Of a stretch of DNA of 64,000 nt, positions 30,870 through 41,106 are shown piece by piece. Position 1 is the first letter of the stretch, and each line of letters opens with the position of its first letter. The notes below the pieces were generated by a model, which was not told the DNA's origin, did not search any database, and saw only the letters and a program-made list of their open reading frames with translations. This DNA is from Thermodesulfobacteriota bacterium (GTDB taxonomy: Bacteria > Desulfobacterota > Binatia > Bin18). The stretch lies in contig OZ219926.1 in assembly GCA_964291405.2 (NCBI GenBank), positions 1,920,001 through 1,984,000 of the forward strand, written 5' to 3'. The position numbers and the translations under genes were made by a program.

Positions 30870-31640
30870 ATGGCCGGTAGACTGACGGATAAGATCGCTC
30901 TTGTGACCGGTGGCGCTTCAGGGATTGGGCGGGCGACAGTGCTCCGCTTTGCCGAAGAGGGGGCGGCGGTCGTGGCCGCCGACCGGAACCCGGGCGGTCT
31001 GGAGCAGACCAAAAGCCTGGTGCAAGAAACCAGCCCGGATATCGAGACCGTGACCGTCGATGTCTCCAAGCTGGACCAGGTCGAGCGTATGGTTGACACG
31101 GCGGTTGAACGTTTCGGTCGTCTGGACGTCCTGGTCAACGCGGCCGGAGTCCTGATTCTGACGCCACCGCTGGCCGAAGTCGACGAACGGCACTGGGACC
31201 TCATGATGTCCACCAACCTCAAGGGACTCTTCTTTTGCTGCAAAGCCGCCATCCCGGCCATGCTGAAAAACGGCGGCGGCTCCATCGTCAACATTGCCTC
31301 CATGGCCGGTGTCCAGGCATACAGCCAGTCTCTGCCCTACGCGGTCAGTAAGGCCGGCATCATCCATCTCAACTCGGTTGCCGCCAGCCAATACACCTCC
31401 CAGGGCATTCGGATGAACTGCATTGCCCCTGGTTTCGTAGACACCCCGCAGGCGCGCGGCAGCACCCAGAGCACCGAAGCCATAGAGAAAGCGGCCCGCT
31501 ATCATCCCCTGGGACGGATTGGCCAGCCCGAGGAGATTGCGAACACGATTCTCTTTCTGGCCTCGGACGAATCTTCCTATATCAGCGGCTCGACCTTTGT
31601 CGTGGACGGGGGTTCCTGGTCGGTTGCCAGCCGGCTCTAA
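30870..31640 (+). CDS. Short-chain dehydrogenase/reductase
   Basis: TGGASGIG, YAVSK. Confidence 0.93.
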   Translation: MAGRLTDKIALVTGGASGIGRATVLRFAEEGAAVVAADRNPGGLEQTKSLVQETSPDIETVTVDVSKLDQVERMVDTAVERFGRLDVLVNAAGVLILTPPLAEVDERHWDLMMSTNLKGLFFCCKAAIPAMLKNGGGSIVNIASMAGVQAYSQSLPYAVSKAGIIHLNSVAASQYTSQGIRMNCIAPGFVDTPQARGSTQSTEAIEKAARYHPLGRIGQPEEIANTILFLASDESSYISGSTFVVDGGSWSVASRL

Positions 31641-31649
31641 GGGGGGAGT

Positions 31650-31886
31650 ATGGAAAAGCTCATCGAGATTACCAATAAGGCCGTAGCCGATTACGGCTTT
31701 CGGCAGATCGTCCAGTGGAGCCCCGAGGACATCGTTGCCCAGTGGCAGCTCTCGACCCGCGAGACCGATATCCTCACCGGCGTTATCAAAGACGAGCTGG
31801 ACCGTTTGCCCATCCCGGTCGAACCTTCAGATGTGCCGCAAGAACAGGAGCGGGTGGCCGGTATCATCAGGCAGGCATTGGGTTAG
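31650..31886 (+). CDS. Hypothetical protein
   Basis: RBS GGGGAG, operonic with the SDR. Confidence 0.6.
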   Translation: MEKLIEITNKAVADYGFRQIVQWSPEDIVAQWQLSTRETDILTGVIKDELDRLPIPVEPSDVPQEQERVAGIIRQALG

Positions 31887-33613
31887 GGTGTCCCGGCCTC
31901 ACCGCTCCGGACCGGCAACCTGAGACGGGACGGACAGGCCGGCGTATGACAAACACTATTCGTTGCAATCCGGGGCTGCGCCAGATCGGCGACCCGGCCA
32001 AACCGGTTCAGGCTGCGGGCAAACCAGGGGAAGTCACTACTGGTTATACTCACCCGAATACAGTGACCGGGTAAAAAGACATAATGAGTGGGCCAGAGCT
32101 CCACCGCAAACCGTGTCACCGCTCCGGGGACGAGGGGCGTGGGCCGTTGCAGCGACTCCCGGTACGAGGCGCGCAGACATCCCTGGCTGACCTTCATTGA
32201 GCGGCCGTCGGGATACACATCGGTCAGCTTGACGTGCCACTCCGTGTCGTCACAATCGCTCGCAGCGAACAGGTCGATATGCGGCCAGCCCGAGACGATC
32301 ACTTCTGCCTTCAAGATATCGCTGGTGTAGCAGATGACATCGAGCCGGGCTTCAACCGCGTCCTGATTGAGCGGAATATCCTCAAGCGGATATTGCTTGA
32401 CGTCCATCTGGGTGGGGGCCGGGTCGTTCGGGTCATAGCGATAGGTCTGCGGAGGTTCATCAGATGGGGGAGACGTGGCGGACAGAGAGCCACGGGTTCC
32501 ATCGAAGTGCAAATAGAGCGCCTGCTCCGTATCACTCAGCGGCCAACGGTCCGTCTCACGCCAGACGTTTCGTCCCGTTTCAAAAAGACGGACCGGCGGG
32601 TCATTCCGAACGCCGTTGTCCCGGCCTTTGAGCCAGTGATCAAACCAACGTAAATGAACCTGATGCATATCCAGCGCCGCGTCCGGTCCGAAGTTCACCC
32701 CTGCATACTGATCGTGCGGCCAGCGGCAGTTGACGTGACTCCACGGTCCGACGATCAGCTGTTGCCTGCTGCGGGCCGGAGAGGCCTGCATCATATGCTC
32801 ATAGTGATGAAAGGCACCGGTCAGATCCTCCATATCAAACCAGCCCGTCACATGGAGACAGGGCACATCGATCTGATCGTAGCGCTCATCAAAACGCAGG
32901 GCCTGCCAGTGCGCGTCCAGGGTGTCGTGCGTCAGCATGTCGTTCCAGGTTTCCCCAACCGGGTCGATATATTCACCAATGGCGGTCAGCGGCAGGCGGC
33001 GCAGGATATCGTCCCAGTCGTGGACTTCGAGCCCGTGGAATTCGGCAATCCGCCGCCGGACGAGATACACCCACCAGCCAAAATAAAGCTGGAACACGCC
33101 CCAGGTGTACGGAATTTCCTGTTGCCAACGGCCGGCCGCAGAGGTGGAGACCATACAGCTCAGATGCGGCGGCCGTTCCGCAGCCGCGGCCCACTGGGTC
33201 CAGCCCATATAGCTTAAGCCGGTCGTGCCGACCTTGCCGGTACACCACTCCTGGCGCGCCACCCACTCAATCACATCATGCGTATCCGGCCCGTCGTGCA
33301 CAAACGCTCGCCACTGGCCCTCGGATTTCCCCCGCCCGCGCACGTCGTGCACAACGACGGCATAGCCATGTTCCTGATAAAAACGCGCCTCGTCCAAAAA
33401 GAAGGCCGTGGTGCTCTTGTCGTAGGGCGTGGACTGGACGATCGCCGGCGCGGGCAGCTCAGCCTTACTTGGAAGGTAGACATCCGCGGCCAGCTCGACT
33501 CCGTCCCGCATCGGGATACCGGTTTCAAACACGGGTCGGTCTGTCGCTGCCGCCGCGCGGATGGGCTCCTCAAAATAGCGCTGGCGAGGCGTTTTGGTGG
33601 GCATGGCAGTCAT
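31883..33613 (-). CDS. CocE/NonD family hydrolase
   Basis: MRDGVELAADVY, DVRGRG.SEG, GLSYMG, GPWSH. Confidence 0.92.
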   Translation of the reverse strand: MTAMPTKTPRQRYFEEPIRAAAATDRPVFETGIPMRDGVELAADVYLPSKAELPAPAIVQSTPYDKSTTAFFLDEARFYQEHGYAVVVHDVRGRGKSEGQWRAFVHDGPDTHDVIEWVARQEWCTGKVGTTGLSYMGWTQWAAAAERPPHLSCMVSTSAAGRWQQEIPYTWGVFQLYFGWWVYLVRRRIAEFHGLEVHDWDDILRRLPLTAIGEYIDPVGETWNDMLTHDTLDAHWQALRFDERYDQIDVPCLHVTGWFDMEDLTGAFHHYEHMMQASPARSRQQLIVGPWSHVNCRWPHDQYAGVNFGPDAALDMHQVHLRWFDHWLKGRDNGVRNDPPVRLFETGRNVWRETDRWPLSDTEQALYLHFDGTRGSLSATSPPSDEPPQTYRYDPNDPAPTQMDVKQYPLEDIPLNQDAVEARLDVICYTSDILKAEVIVSGWPHIDLFAASDCDDTEWHVKLTDVYPDGRSMKVSQGCLRASYRESLQRPTPLVPGAVTRFAVELWPTHYVFLPGHCIRVSITSSDFPWFARSLNRFGRVADLAQPRIATNSVCHTPACPSRLRLPVRSGEAGTP

Positions 33614-33632
33614 CCCGTTGACGCAAATGACC

Positions 33633-34451
33633 TCAGTCCTGCTTCTGCGCCTGGACCGCTTCCTCGGCAGTCATGACCACCACGTCGCCCGGCCCGGCGC
33701 TGACCTCGCCGCCGTCGACCACATAGGTCATGCTGGTCGCAAACATCCCGGCCGGACTGGCTAGAAATAAGGCCAGACCGGCGATTTCGTTAGGCTCGCC
33801 CACTCGCTTCTGCGGGTTGATCGGAGAGCCGCTGGTCTCAACTGCCTCGACCAAATCCTTTGCCAAGTCGGTCCGGATCAACCCTGGGGCGATACAGGTC
33901 ACCCGAATTTTATCGGCCGCCCACTCCTTGCCCAAGAGCTGCGCCATATTGATGAGGGCCGCCTTGGACAGGGCATACGTGCCGATACCCATGGACGGCC
34001 GGACACCCTCATTTGAGGTGATGTTAATCACCGCGCCTCCGCCGCGTTGGCGCATGGATTCCCGACACAGACGCGCCAAATGTAGCGGCGCCCAGACATT
34101 GGTCCTCATCACCCTGAGGAAATCCTCTTCGTTTTCCTCGGCCAGGGTCACCAGGGAAACACCGGCGGCGTTATTGACCAGGATGTCGACACCGCCGAAC
34201 TCTTCGATCGTTGCCTGATACAGCTTGTCGCAGTCCGCACTGATCGACATGTCTGCCTGTACGGTCAAGACGCGGCGACCGGTTGCCGCGACATCCTGTT
34301 TGGCCCGCTCCAGGGCTTCCGGTCTGCGCGCGGCAAGCACGAGGTTCGCGCCGTGCTCGGCAAAGGCCAGCGCAATCGCCCGGCCGATACCTTTGGAGCC
34401 ACCGGTCACGATGGCGACTTTGTCGTCCAAAGAAAAATCAACGATACCCAT
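33633..34451 (-). CDS. Short-chain dehydrogenase/reductase
   Basis: TGGSKGIG, NNAA, YALSK. Confidence 0.92.
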   Translation of the reverse strand: MGIVDFSLDDKVAIVTGGSKGIGRAIALAFAEHGANLVLAARRPEALERAKQDVAATGRRVLTVQADMSISADCDKLYQATIEEFGGVDILVNNAAGVSLVTLAEENEEDFLRVMRTNVWAPLHLARLCRESMRQRGGGAVINITSNEGVRPSMGIGTYALSKAALINMAQLLGKEWAADKIRVTCIAPGLIRTDLAKDLVEAVETSGSPINPQKRVGEPNEIAGLALFLASPAGMFATSMTYVVDGGEVSAGPGDVVVMTAEEAVQAQKQD

Positions 34452-34581
34452 ATGCTCCTCCTTTATGTTTAGCGCCTGCGTTCCTGTCTCTTACCACGAC
34501 TGAGGATAAGAGCTAAAGCGCTTTTCTCTTGACTCTGCTACCTGACGAAGACTAGCATCCGAGCAGAACAAAGGGGGCGGT

Positions 34582-35775
34582 ATGAATTTCGAGCTGACGA
34601 CCCAACACAAACGCATTCAGGCTCAGTGCCAGGAACTGGCGACAGACTTTGCCACCAGGGCGGCCGAGCACGACCGCGAGGCAACCAATCCGGTCGAGAA
34701 TTATGCTCTGCTGCGTGAGGCCGGGTTTCACACGCTCAATATCCCTACCGAGTTGGGCGGTTGGGGAGAAAAACTGTTCGGCCACTCGCTCGCCCTGGAA
34801 CAGCTTGCCCAGGGCTGCCCGGCCACGGCGCTGTCCTTCAATATGCATCTGGCCTGGGTCGGCTATCTCATGGAAAATATCGAGATTACATCTGACGTGA
34901 AGCAACGCGTGGCAGACTGGGTGGTACAGGGCAGTAATCTGGTTGCCGGTTCCACGTCCGAGGCGAGCACGTCGGCCCTGCTGGCGTCGTACGCTCCGGC
35001 CACCCAGGCAAGACAGGTCGACGGCGGCTATGTCATCAACGGCAAGAAATTTTTTTCGTCTATGGTTGGGGCGGCGGATTTCCGGGCCGTCCCGGCGCGT
35101 CGCGAGGACGCCACCACACCCGGCGCGGCCATCGTTTTTCTGGTTCCGCGGGAGGCTTCAGGGCAGACGGTGGAGGAAGTGTGGGATGTCCTGGGGATGC
35201 GCGGCACCCGGAGTGACTGCCTGCTCTTGGAAGACTGCTTTGTGCCCGAGGAATCGGTCGTGTTTGACACCGATAATTTCTTTCCTTCCATTGCTCGCGG
35301 GGCGAACTGGTTCTGGGCCTCGTATACGGCGGTCTATTTGGGGGTAGCCGCGGCGATCTACGCAGAAATCCTGAAGGTCGTTCAGGAGCGGGTGCCGAGG
35401 GGCTTTACCCAACCCATGGCCTATCATCCCGACGTGCGCCGAAAGGTTGCGGAGATGAACGCCGACCTCGAATCGGCACGGCTGAGCGTCTATCACTCGG
35501 CCTGGTTGAGCGATACCGAAGGCCCGACGCAGAACGCCATCGCGGCCCTCTATCGGGCCAAATATCTGGTCGGCGAAGCCACGGCGAACATTGGGCGCAG
35601 CGCCATGACTCTCGGCGGCGCGCACGCCTTGTTCAAGAGTTCGCCGCTGGAACGGCTATTCCGGGACGGCACGGTCGGGGCCATTCAGTTTCCGCCTAGC
35701 GATTTCTGTTTGGCGAGCCTCGGGTCGTTAGAGCTGGGTCTTGATCCGCATGAGATTCCACCGCCGATGAAGTAG
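34582..35775 (+). CDS. Acyl-CoA dehydrogenase family protein (possibly a flavin monooxygenase type)
   Basis: INGKKFF, WDVLGMRGTRS, LERLFRD. Confidence 0.88.
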   Translation: MNFELTTQHKRIQAQCQELATDFATRAAEHDREATNPVENYALLREAGFHTLNIPTELGGWGEKLFGHSLALEQLAQGCPATALSFNMHLAWVGYLMENIEITSDVKQRVADWVVQGSNLVAGSTSEASTSALLASYAPATQARQVDGGYVINGKKFFSSMVGAADFRAVPARREDATTPGAAIVFLVPREASGQTVEEVWDVLGMRGTRSDCLLLEDCFVPEESVVFDTDNFFPSIARGANWFWASYTAVYLGVAAAIYAEILKVVQERVPRGFTQPMAYHPDVRRKVAEMNADLESARLSVYHSAWLSDTEGPTQNAIAALYRAKYLVGEATANIGRSAMTLGGAHALFKSSPLERLFRDGTVGAIQFPPSDFCLASLGSLELGLDPHEIPPPMK

Positions 35776-35788
35776 CTCTGCGGAGCAT

Positions 35789-36190
35789 CTACGACTCCGT
35801 TGGTGTTTCCCAGTATTCCTCGAAGAACGGATTGTCGATCAGTGTGCGCCAGGTGCCGTCAGGCTGGCGGCGCACGACATTGACGGCCCGGCCAGAGATG
35901 GTTTCTTGTGTACCGTCGGCTCTCGTGCGCTTCATGCTCCAGGGAATCCAGGACAGGGCGATATCTCCAGCCCGCACGACGTGTCTGACCTCGACCGAGA
36001 GCTCAGGATGCGCATCGGTAAACGTGCGCAAATGCTCGCGTAAAGCCTGCTCCCCCTGGACCGGAGCCTGTCCCGGTTCGGGTACGAACACCGTGTCCGA
36101 CTCATAGAGCGCCAGCATCGCGTCAATATCGCGGGCGTTCATCGCCTCAGGGAAGAGATCTTCTACTTCCTTGGGGGTGCGAGCCGGCAT
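35789..36190 (-). CDS. YybH / DUF4440 SnoaL-like protein
   Basis: VVRRQPDGTW..LIDNP. Confidence 0.85.
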   Translation of the reverse strand: MPARTPKEVEDLFPEAMNARDIDAMLALYESDTVFVPEPGQAPVQGEQALREHLRTFTDAHPELSVEVRHVVRAGDIALSWIPWSMKRTRADGTQETISGRAVNVVRRQPDGTWRTLIDNPFFEEYWETPTES

Positions 36191-36213
36191 GGGGGTGCTT
36201 TCTCCGCGCTGCC

Positions 36214-36576
36214 TTACGGCCGGGCGCGGGTTTCTTCGGAACGGTCCGCGCGGGTCGGGTCGTATAAATCTCCAATGCTCGCGCCCAGCAGCCGGATGGG
36301 GCCGGTTGACGGGGTTTCGGCCCAGTGCAGCGTATTGGCCGGCAGGTCGAGCCGGTCGCCGGGTTTGAGGACCCACTTCTGGTCGCCGACGCCCATGGTG
36401 ATTTCACCCAGGACCGCAACCAGCACCTCGTCGTTCGGGTGGGTATGCGCCTCATAGGAATGGTTGGGTTCGTCGTCTTCGATATAGGCGGCCAGCCCTT
36501 CGGCCTCCATGGCACGAACCAGCTCTGACTGGGTCGGCGGTTCGGGCTTATTCCAACGGGTCACTTTGAGTTCCAT
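36214..36576 (-). CDS. Cupin domain protein
   Basis: HTH..DE, LKPGDRLDLPANTLH. Confidence 0.85.
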   Translation of the reverse strand: MELKVTRWNKPEPPTQSELVRAMEAEGLAAYIEDDEPNHSYEAHTHPNDEVLVAVLGEITMGVGDQKWVLKPGDRLDLPANTLHWAETPSTGPIRLLGASIGDLYDPTRADRSEETRARP

Positions 36577-36760
36577 ATCGTCCCTCCTGCCAATACGCTT
36601 AGTCCCTGAGATTCTCCTGTAGCGCCAAAGGACGGACGGGTCAACGCAAAAATCGGCAGAATTCCTCGATTTCGATTGACAAAATTGCGCCCCCGGACGG
36701 ATAATGCGGGCACAACTGTTCTTTACCATAAGACAGGGCTTTCCATAAGGAGGGAATCGT

Positions 36761-37885
36761 ATGCCAAAGCACAAAGTTATTTCGTCGGACGATCATATTT
36801 TTGAACCGCTCGACCTGTGGACGACGCGGCTGGATAAAAAATTTCGCGACCGCGCCCCACGGGTGATCCCGGCCGAGGACGGCGACTGGTGGTATTGCGA
36901 GGGCATTAAAGTCCAGACCGCGGCGGCGGCGGCCCAGGCCGGCCTGCGCTTCGAGGACCCGGACCGCCTGAGCTTTCAGGATAAGGTGGAGAATATCCGA
37001 CCCGGCGCCTACATTCCGGAAGAGCATATCAAAGACATGGACGCCGACGGCATTGACATGGGCCTAGTGTATCCGACCGTCGGGTTGCAACTCTACCAGC
37101 GCATTCAGGACAGCGAGTTGCTGACCGTCCTGTTTCGGACCTATAACGACTGGCTGGCCGAGTTCTGCGACACCTATCCGGACCGCCTACGAGGCATCGC
37201 CATGATCAACCTCGACGATATCCCGTCGGGGATCGAGGAAATGGAACACTGCGCCAAGCTGGGCCACCGCGGCATTATGATTACTATTCAGCCTTTAGGC
37301 GGCATGAGCTACGACAGGCCGGAGTATGATCCCGTGTGGGCCGCGGCCCAGGATTTGGCCCTGCCCATCAGCCTGCACGTCACCACCAACCGGCCCGACC
37401 CGAACGACCCGAGCGCCCTCCTCCTCGACGCGGCCAAGCTGTCCTTTTTTGTCAACCTGGATCACTGGCCCCGCGTGTGTCTGACCGACATGATTTTCAG
37501 CGGCGTGTTTGAACGCTATCCCAAACTCCAGGTCGGTTCGGTCGAAATGGAACTGTCCTGGGTGCCCCACTTCCTGGACCGTCTGGACTATAACTACACC
37601 CAACGTGCACGGGAGCTTGCCGGGGAACGCTTCAAAGAAGACATCATGCCGAGCGAGTTCTTTCATCGCCACGTCTTTTTGAGTTTTCAGGAAGACCAGA
37701 TGGGGATTCGGGACCGGGAGATCATTGGCGTGGACAGCCTGCTGTGGGGTTCCGACTATCCCCATTTCGAATCGACCTTTCCCAAGAGCCAAGAGTTTCT
37801 CAGTGACATGCTCGCAGACTGTACCGAAGAAGAGTGGGCCAAGATTGTCGGCGGGAATGCCGCCCGGGTGTATCAGTTGAGTTGA
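36761..37885 (+). CDS. Amidohydrolase_2 family protein
   Basis: ISSDDH, SLHV, GVFERYP, WGSDYPH. Confidence 0.9.
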   Translation: MPKHKVISSDDHIFEPLDLWTTRLDKKFRDRAPRVIPAEDGDWWYCEGIKVQTAAAAAQAGLRFEDPDRLSFQDKVENIRPGAYIPEEHIKDMDADGIDMGLVYPTVGLQLYQRIQDSELLTVLFRTYNDWLAEFCDTYPDRLRGIAMINLDDIPSGIEEMEHCAKLGHRGIMITIQPLGGMSYDRPEYDPVWAAAQDLALPISLHVTTNRPDPNDPSALLLDAAKLSFFVNLDHWPRVCLTDMIFSGVFERYPKLQVGSVEMELSWVPHFLDRLDYNYTQRARELAGERFKEDIMPSEFFHRHVFLSFQEDQMGIRDREIIGVDSLLWGSDYPHFESTFPKSQEFLSDMLADCTEEEWAKIVGGNAARVYQLS

Positions 37886-37905
37886 GGACGCAGGGGAGGC
37901 CGAGG

Positions 37906-38697
37906 GTGGAACTTCAAGAGAAAATCATCGTCGTCACCGGCGGGGCGAGTGGCATCGGCAAGGCTCTATGTCGCCGCTTTACGGCCGAGGGCGCACGGGC
38001 GGTCGTGGTGGTGGACCTGAACGCAGCCGGGGCGGCTGAGGTCGCGGCCGAGATTGGCTCGGTCGCCATGACGGCCGATGTGTCCAAAGAGGCTGACGTG
38101 GTGCGGGTGATTGACCAGACCGAGCGCGATATCGGCCCGATCGATCTGTTCTGTTCCAACGCCGGCATTGCCGCGACCGGCGGCGTGGAAACTTCGGATG
38201 CGGACTGGCAGAAGAGCTGGGATGTGAACGTCATGTCGCATATCTACGCGGCCCGCACGCTGGTGCCGCGCATGATTGCCCGGGGCGGCGGCTATCTGCT
38301 GAATACCGCCTCTGCCGCGGGTCTGCTCAATCAGATCGGTTCGGCCTCCTACGGTGTGACCAAGCATGCCGCGGTCGGCTTTGGGGAGTGGTTGGCGCTG
38401 ACGCACGCGCATCAGGGCATCAAAGTCTCCCTGCTGTGTCCCCAAGCGGTCAGAACGCCCATGCTGGTGGATAATGAGGGCACCCGAGCGGCAAGTGTGG
38501 ACGGCCTGATGGAGCCGGAGGAGCTGGCAGAGGTTGTGGTCGAGGGCCTGCGGGCCGAACGCTTTCTGATCTTGCCCCACCCCCAGGTCCTGGAGTATAT
38601 GCAACGCAAAACCGGTGACTACGATCGCTGGCTCAGGGGCATGAACCGTTTACAGGAACGTCTGGGCGCGGCCGAGGACGAGAAGGGCCTGCCATGA
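37906..38697 (+). CDS. Short-chain dehydrogenase/reductase
   Basis: TGGASGIG, SNAG, YGVTK; GTG start after GGGGAGG. Confidence 0.9.
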   Translation: MELQEKIIVVTGGASGIGKALCRRFTAEGARAVVVVDLNAAGAAEVAAEIGSVAMTADVSKEADVVRVIDQTERDIGPIDLFCSNAGIAATGGVETSDADWQKSWDVNVMSHIYAARTLVPRMIARGGGYLLNTASAAGLLNQIGSASYGVTKHAAVGFGEWLALTHAHQGIKVSLLCPQAVRTPMLVDNEGTRAASVDGLMEPEELAEVVVEGLRAERFLILPHPQVLEYMQRKTGDYDRWLRGMNRLQERLGAAEDEKGLP

Positions 38698-39914
38698 GCT
38701 TTGCCCCCAGCGATAAAGTGTTAGCCCTGCGGGAGCGGCTTGAGCGCTTCATGGATGAGCATATCTATCCGGTCGAGCGTGCCTATTACGAGTTTGTCGA
38801 GGATCAGAACAATCTGTGGCAATATCCCCCCTTCTTTGAAGACCTCAAGCGCAAGGCAAAAGCGGCCGGTATCTGGAACTGGTTCCTGCCACGTGAATAT
38901 GAGCCCTGGAGTCCGGGTCTGTCCAACCTGGAATTCGCGCCGCTCATGGAGGTCATGGCCAAGGTCTTCTGGTCCCAGGAAGTCTTCAACTGTAGCGCGC
39001 CGGACCGGGGGAATATGGAAGTCCTGGCAAAATACGGAACCCCGGCCCAGCAAGAGCAGTGGCTCACGCCCTTACTGAACGGAGAAATCCGGTCGGCCTA
39101 TGCCATGACCGAACCCCAGGTAGCCTCCTCGGACGCCACCAATATGGAACTAGCCATCGTGCGCGACGGGGACCACTATGTGCTCAACGGGCGCAAGTGG
39201 TGGATCACGGGGGTATTAAGCGAGCGCTGCAAGGTCATGCTGGTCATGGGCAAGTCGAATCCCGAGGCGGACCGCCACTCCCAGCACTCAACCATCCTGG
39301 TCCCGGTTGACACGCCGGGCTTTCGGATTGTCCGGCCGCTCAAAGCCTTTGGCAGCTATCACTCTCCCGGCGGAGAAGGCGATCTGGTGTTTGAGGATGT
39401 CCGGGTCCCCAAAGAGAACCTCATTCTTGGCGAAGGGCGCGGCTTTGAGATCGCCCAGGGCCGGCTCGGGCCGGGCCGCTTTCAGTACGCCATGATGTTT
39501 GTTGGCATGGCTCAGCGCTGTCTCGATCTCATGTGCCAGCGGGTTGGCGAGCGGGTGGCGTTTGGCGAGACCCTCATCAAGAAGACCAGCATCCAGCATG
39601 AGATCGCCCGCTCCCGGTGTGACATTGAACAGTGTCGGCTGCTGGTGCTTGCGGCGGCCGACAAGATGGACCGCGAAGGATCGAAGGGCGCGCGCGATTT
39701 CATTTCCATGGTCAAAATCGTTGCCCCGCAGATGTGCCAGACCGTGGCCGACCGGGCCATTCAGGCGTTCGGCGGCAAGGGCGTCAGTCAGGACGTACCT
39801 ATGCACCACGTGTTTCAGACCAGTCGCTTTTGTCGCATCGCCGACGGACCGGACGAAGTGCATATGTCACAACTCGGCCGCTGGACCCAGCGCGATGCCA
39901 AAGGGGTGCGCTAA
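38694..39914 (+). CDS. Acyl-CoA dehydrogenase (FadE2/ACAD11-like)
   Basis: FNCSAPDRGNME, MTEPQVASSDATN, AQGRLGPGR, DGPDEVH. Confidence 0.93.
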   Translation: MSFAPSDKVLALRERLERFMDEHIYPVERAYYEFVEDQNNLWQYPPFFEDLKRKAKAAGIWNWFLPREYEPWSPGLSNLEFAPLMEVMAKVFWSQEVFNCSAPDRGNMEVLAKYGTPAQQEQWLTPLLNGEIRSAYAMTEPQVASSDATNMELAIVRDGDHYVLNGRKWWITGVLSERCKVMLVMGKSNPEADRHSQHSTILVPVDTPGFRIVRPLKAFGSYHSPGGEGDLVFEDVRVPKENLILGEGRGFEIAQGRLGPGRFQYAMMFVGMAQRCLDLMCQRVGERVAFGETLIKKTSIQHEIARSRCDIEQCRLLVLAAADKMDREGSKGARDFISMVKIVAPQMCQTVADRAIQAFGGKGVSQDVPMHHVFQTSRFCRIADGPDEVHMSQLGRWTQRDAKGVR

Positions 39915-40181
39915 GTGGACCGGGCCGGGTCGAATCGACCGTTTATCGCCGGGATGGTCCTGACCTGCCCGGAGCCGACCTGCGGCTATGCGTTGTACGA
40001 AATTACGCGCTGGGCCCTCACCCAGGATTTACTGGAAGACAACCAGCACTATATGAAGCCGCTCCACGCGGCGATTCGCCCACGCTCAGTGTGGTCTTCA
40101 CTCAAATGCGGGTTTTGCGGTACCTCGCTCTATGATTATAAGCGGCGCGCGCTACATACCTTTGAGCTGGGCTGGTGGTAA
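39915..40181 (+). CDS. Hypothetical small Zn-ribbon-like protein
   Basis: CPEPTC and CGFC cysteine pairs; abuts the upstream stop. Confidence 0.45.
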   Translation: MDRAGSNRPFIAGMVLTCPEPTCGYALYEITRWALTQDLLEDNQHYMKPLHAAIRPRSVWSSLKCGFCGTSLYDYKRRALHTFELGWW

Positions 40182-40243
40182 GCTAGAGCAAAATTCACAT
40201 TAGAGCAAATTACGATTCCGTGTAGCCCGTCTCTCTCCTCCTT

Positions 40244-40484
40244 GAGGAGTGCGGGCTTCCAGCCCGCAAGCGGCCAAGATGGCCGCTCTCCCAGGAGGGG
40301 AGCCCCCCGCATCCCCCTGGGACGCTTGGGGCAGGCCCGTGTCCTTCCAGACGAGCGCGGACTGGCACGGCTACAACGTAGCGTAAACCGCACTAGTGTA
40401 GCGTCCAACGGCCTCCGCGCGTTGCCCGATACGTAGGGTGCGCCCTGCGCACCGGGGCAAGGTGGTGCATGGGATGCACCCGAC
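40244..40484. repeat. Cluster of REP-type palindromes
   Basis: GCGGGCTTCCAGCCCGC/GCGGCCAAGATGGCCGC unit (40244-40295) and an inverted GTAG-type pair GTAGGGTGCGCC..GCACC / GGTGCAT..TGCACCCGAC (40433-40484). Confidence 0.7.
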
Positions 40485-40620
40485 GGAACTCTGGAGAGCA
40501 CCTCGCTACACCACGGAGGAAACTGCTCACAGCCCGCGTTGCGCGGGCTGTGAGCCCGAGCGGCACTTGAGCGGTGTAAATTAACACCCTAGCGGCGCTT
40601 GAGCGGTGCAAAACCTCACC

Positions 40621-40992
40621 CTAACCTTCCGGACCCGCTTCGTTAGCGACGGTGAGCAACACATCCGCGTGGCAATCGTCGTCCAGCGGACACCAGCAGG
40701 CCAGATTCTTGCCTTTCAGGTGGTGCTGAATGGTCTCCGCCGAGGGCGGGGGCGGGAGCGTATCGCCGCCCTTAAAAAGCGCGGCCAGCCCCGGGACTAG
40801 TTGGTCGTTCAGCCACAGCTTGTACACCGCAACCAGAAAGCCCCGGTCAACGGCCATGTCGGGGTTTTCCTTGAGCCGAAAGAACGGGTTGCCCCACTTG
40901 CCGGGCCGTCCGACATAGACGGCGTTTTTCGGCATCTTCCAGTCCTTGGTACGTTTGCGCTGAATCCGCCGTGGGTGTCTTTTGCGTGCCAT
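40621..40992 (-). CDS. DUF4326 domain protein
   Basis: VYVGRPGKWGNPF and LKGKNLACWCP....CHADVL. Confidence 0.88.
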   Translation of the reverse strand: MARKRHPRRIQRKRTKDWKMPKNAVYVGRPGKWGNPFFRLKENPDMAVDRGFLVAVYKLWLNDQLVPGLAALFKGGDTLPPPPSAETIQHHLKGKNLACWCPLDDDCHADVLLTVANEAGPEG

Positions 40993-41106
40993 GCGCCCAG
41001 CATAAGATGGTCCGGCGTTCAGAGCAAGCGTTGACAGACGCTCGACAAGGCCGCCCTGAACGCAGTACGCTAGGTGCATTCATGTATCGCTCATGAGGAT
41101 ACGGCT

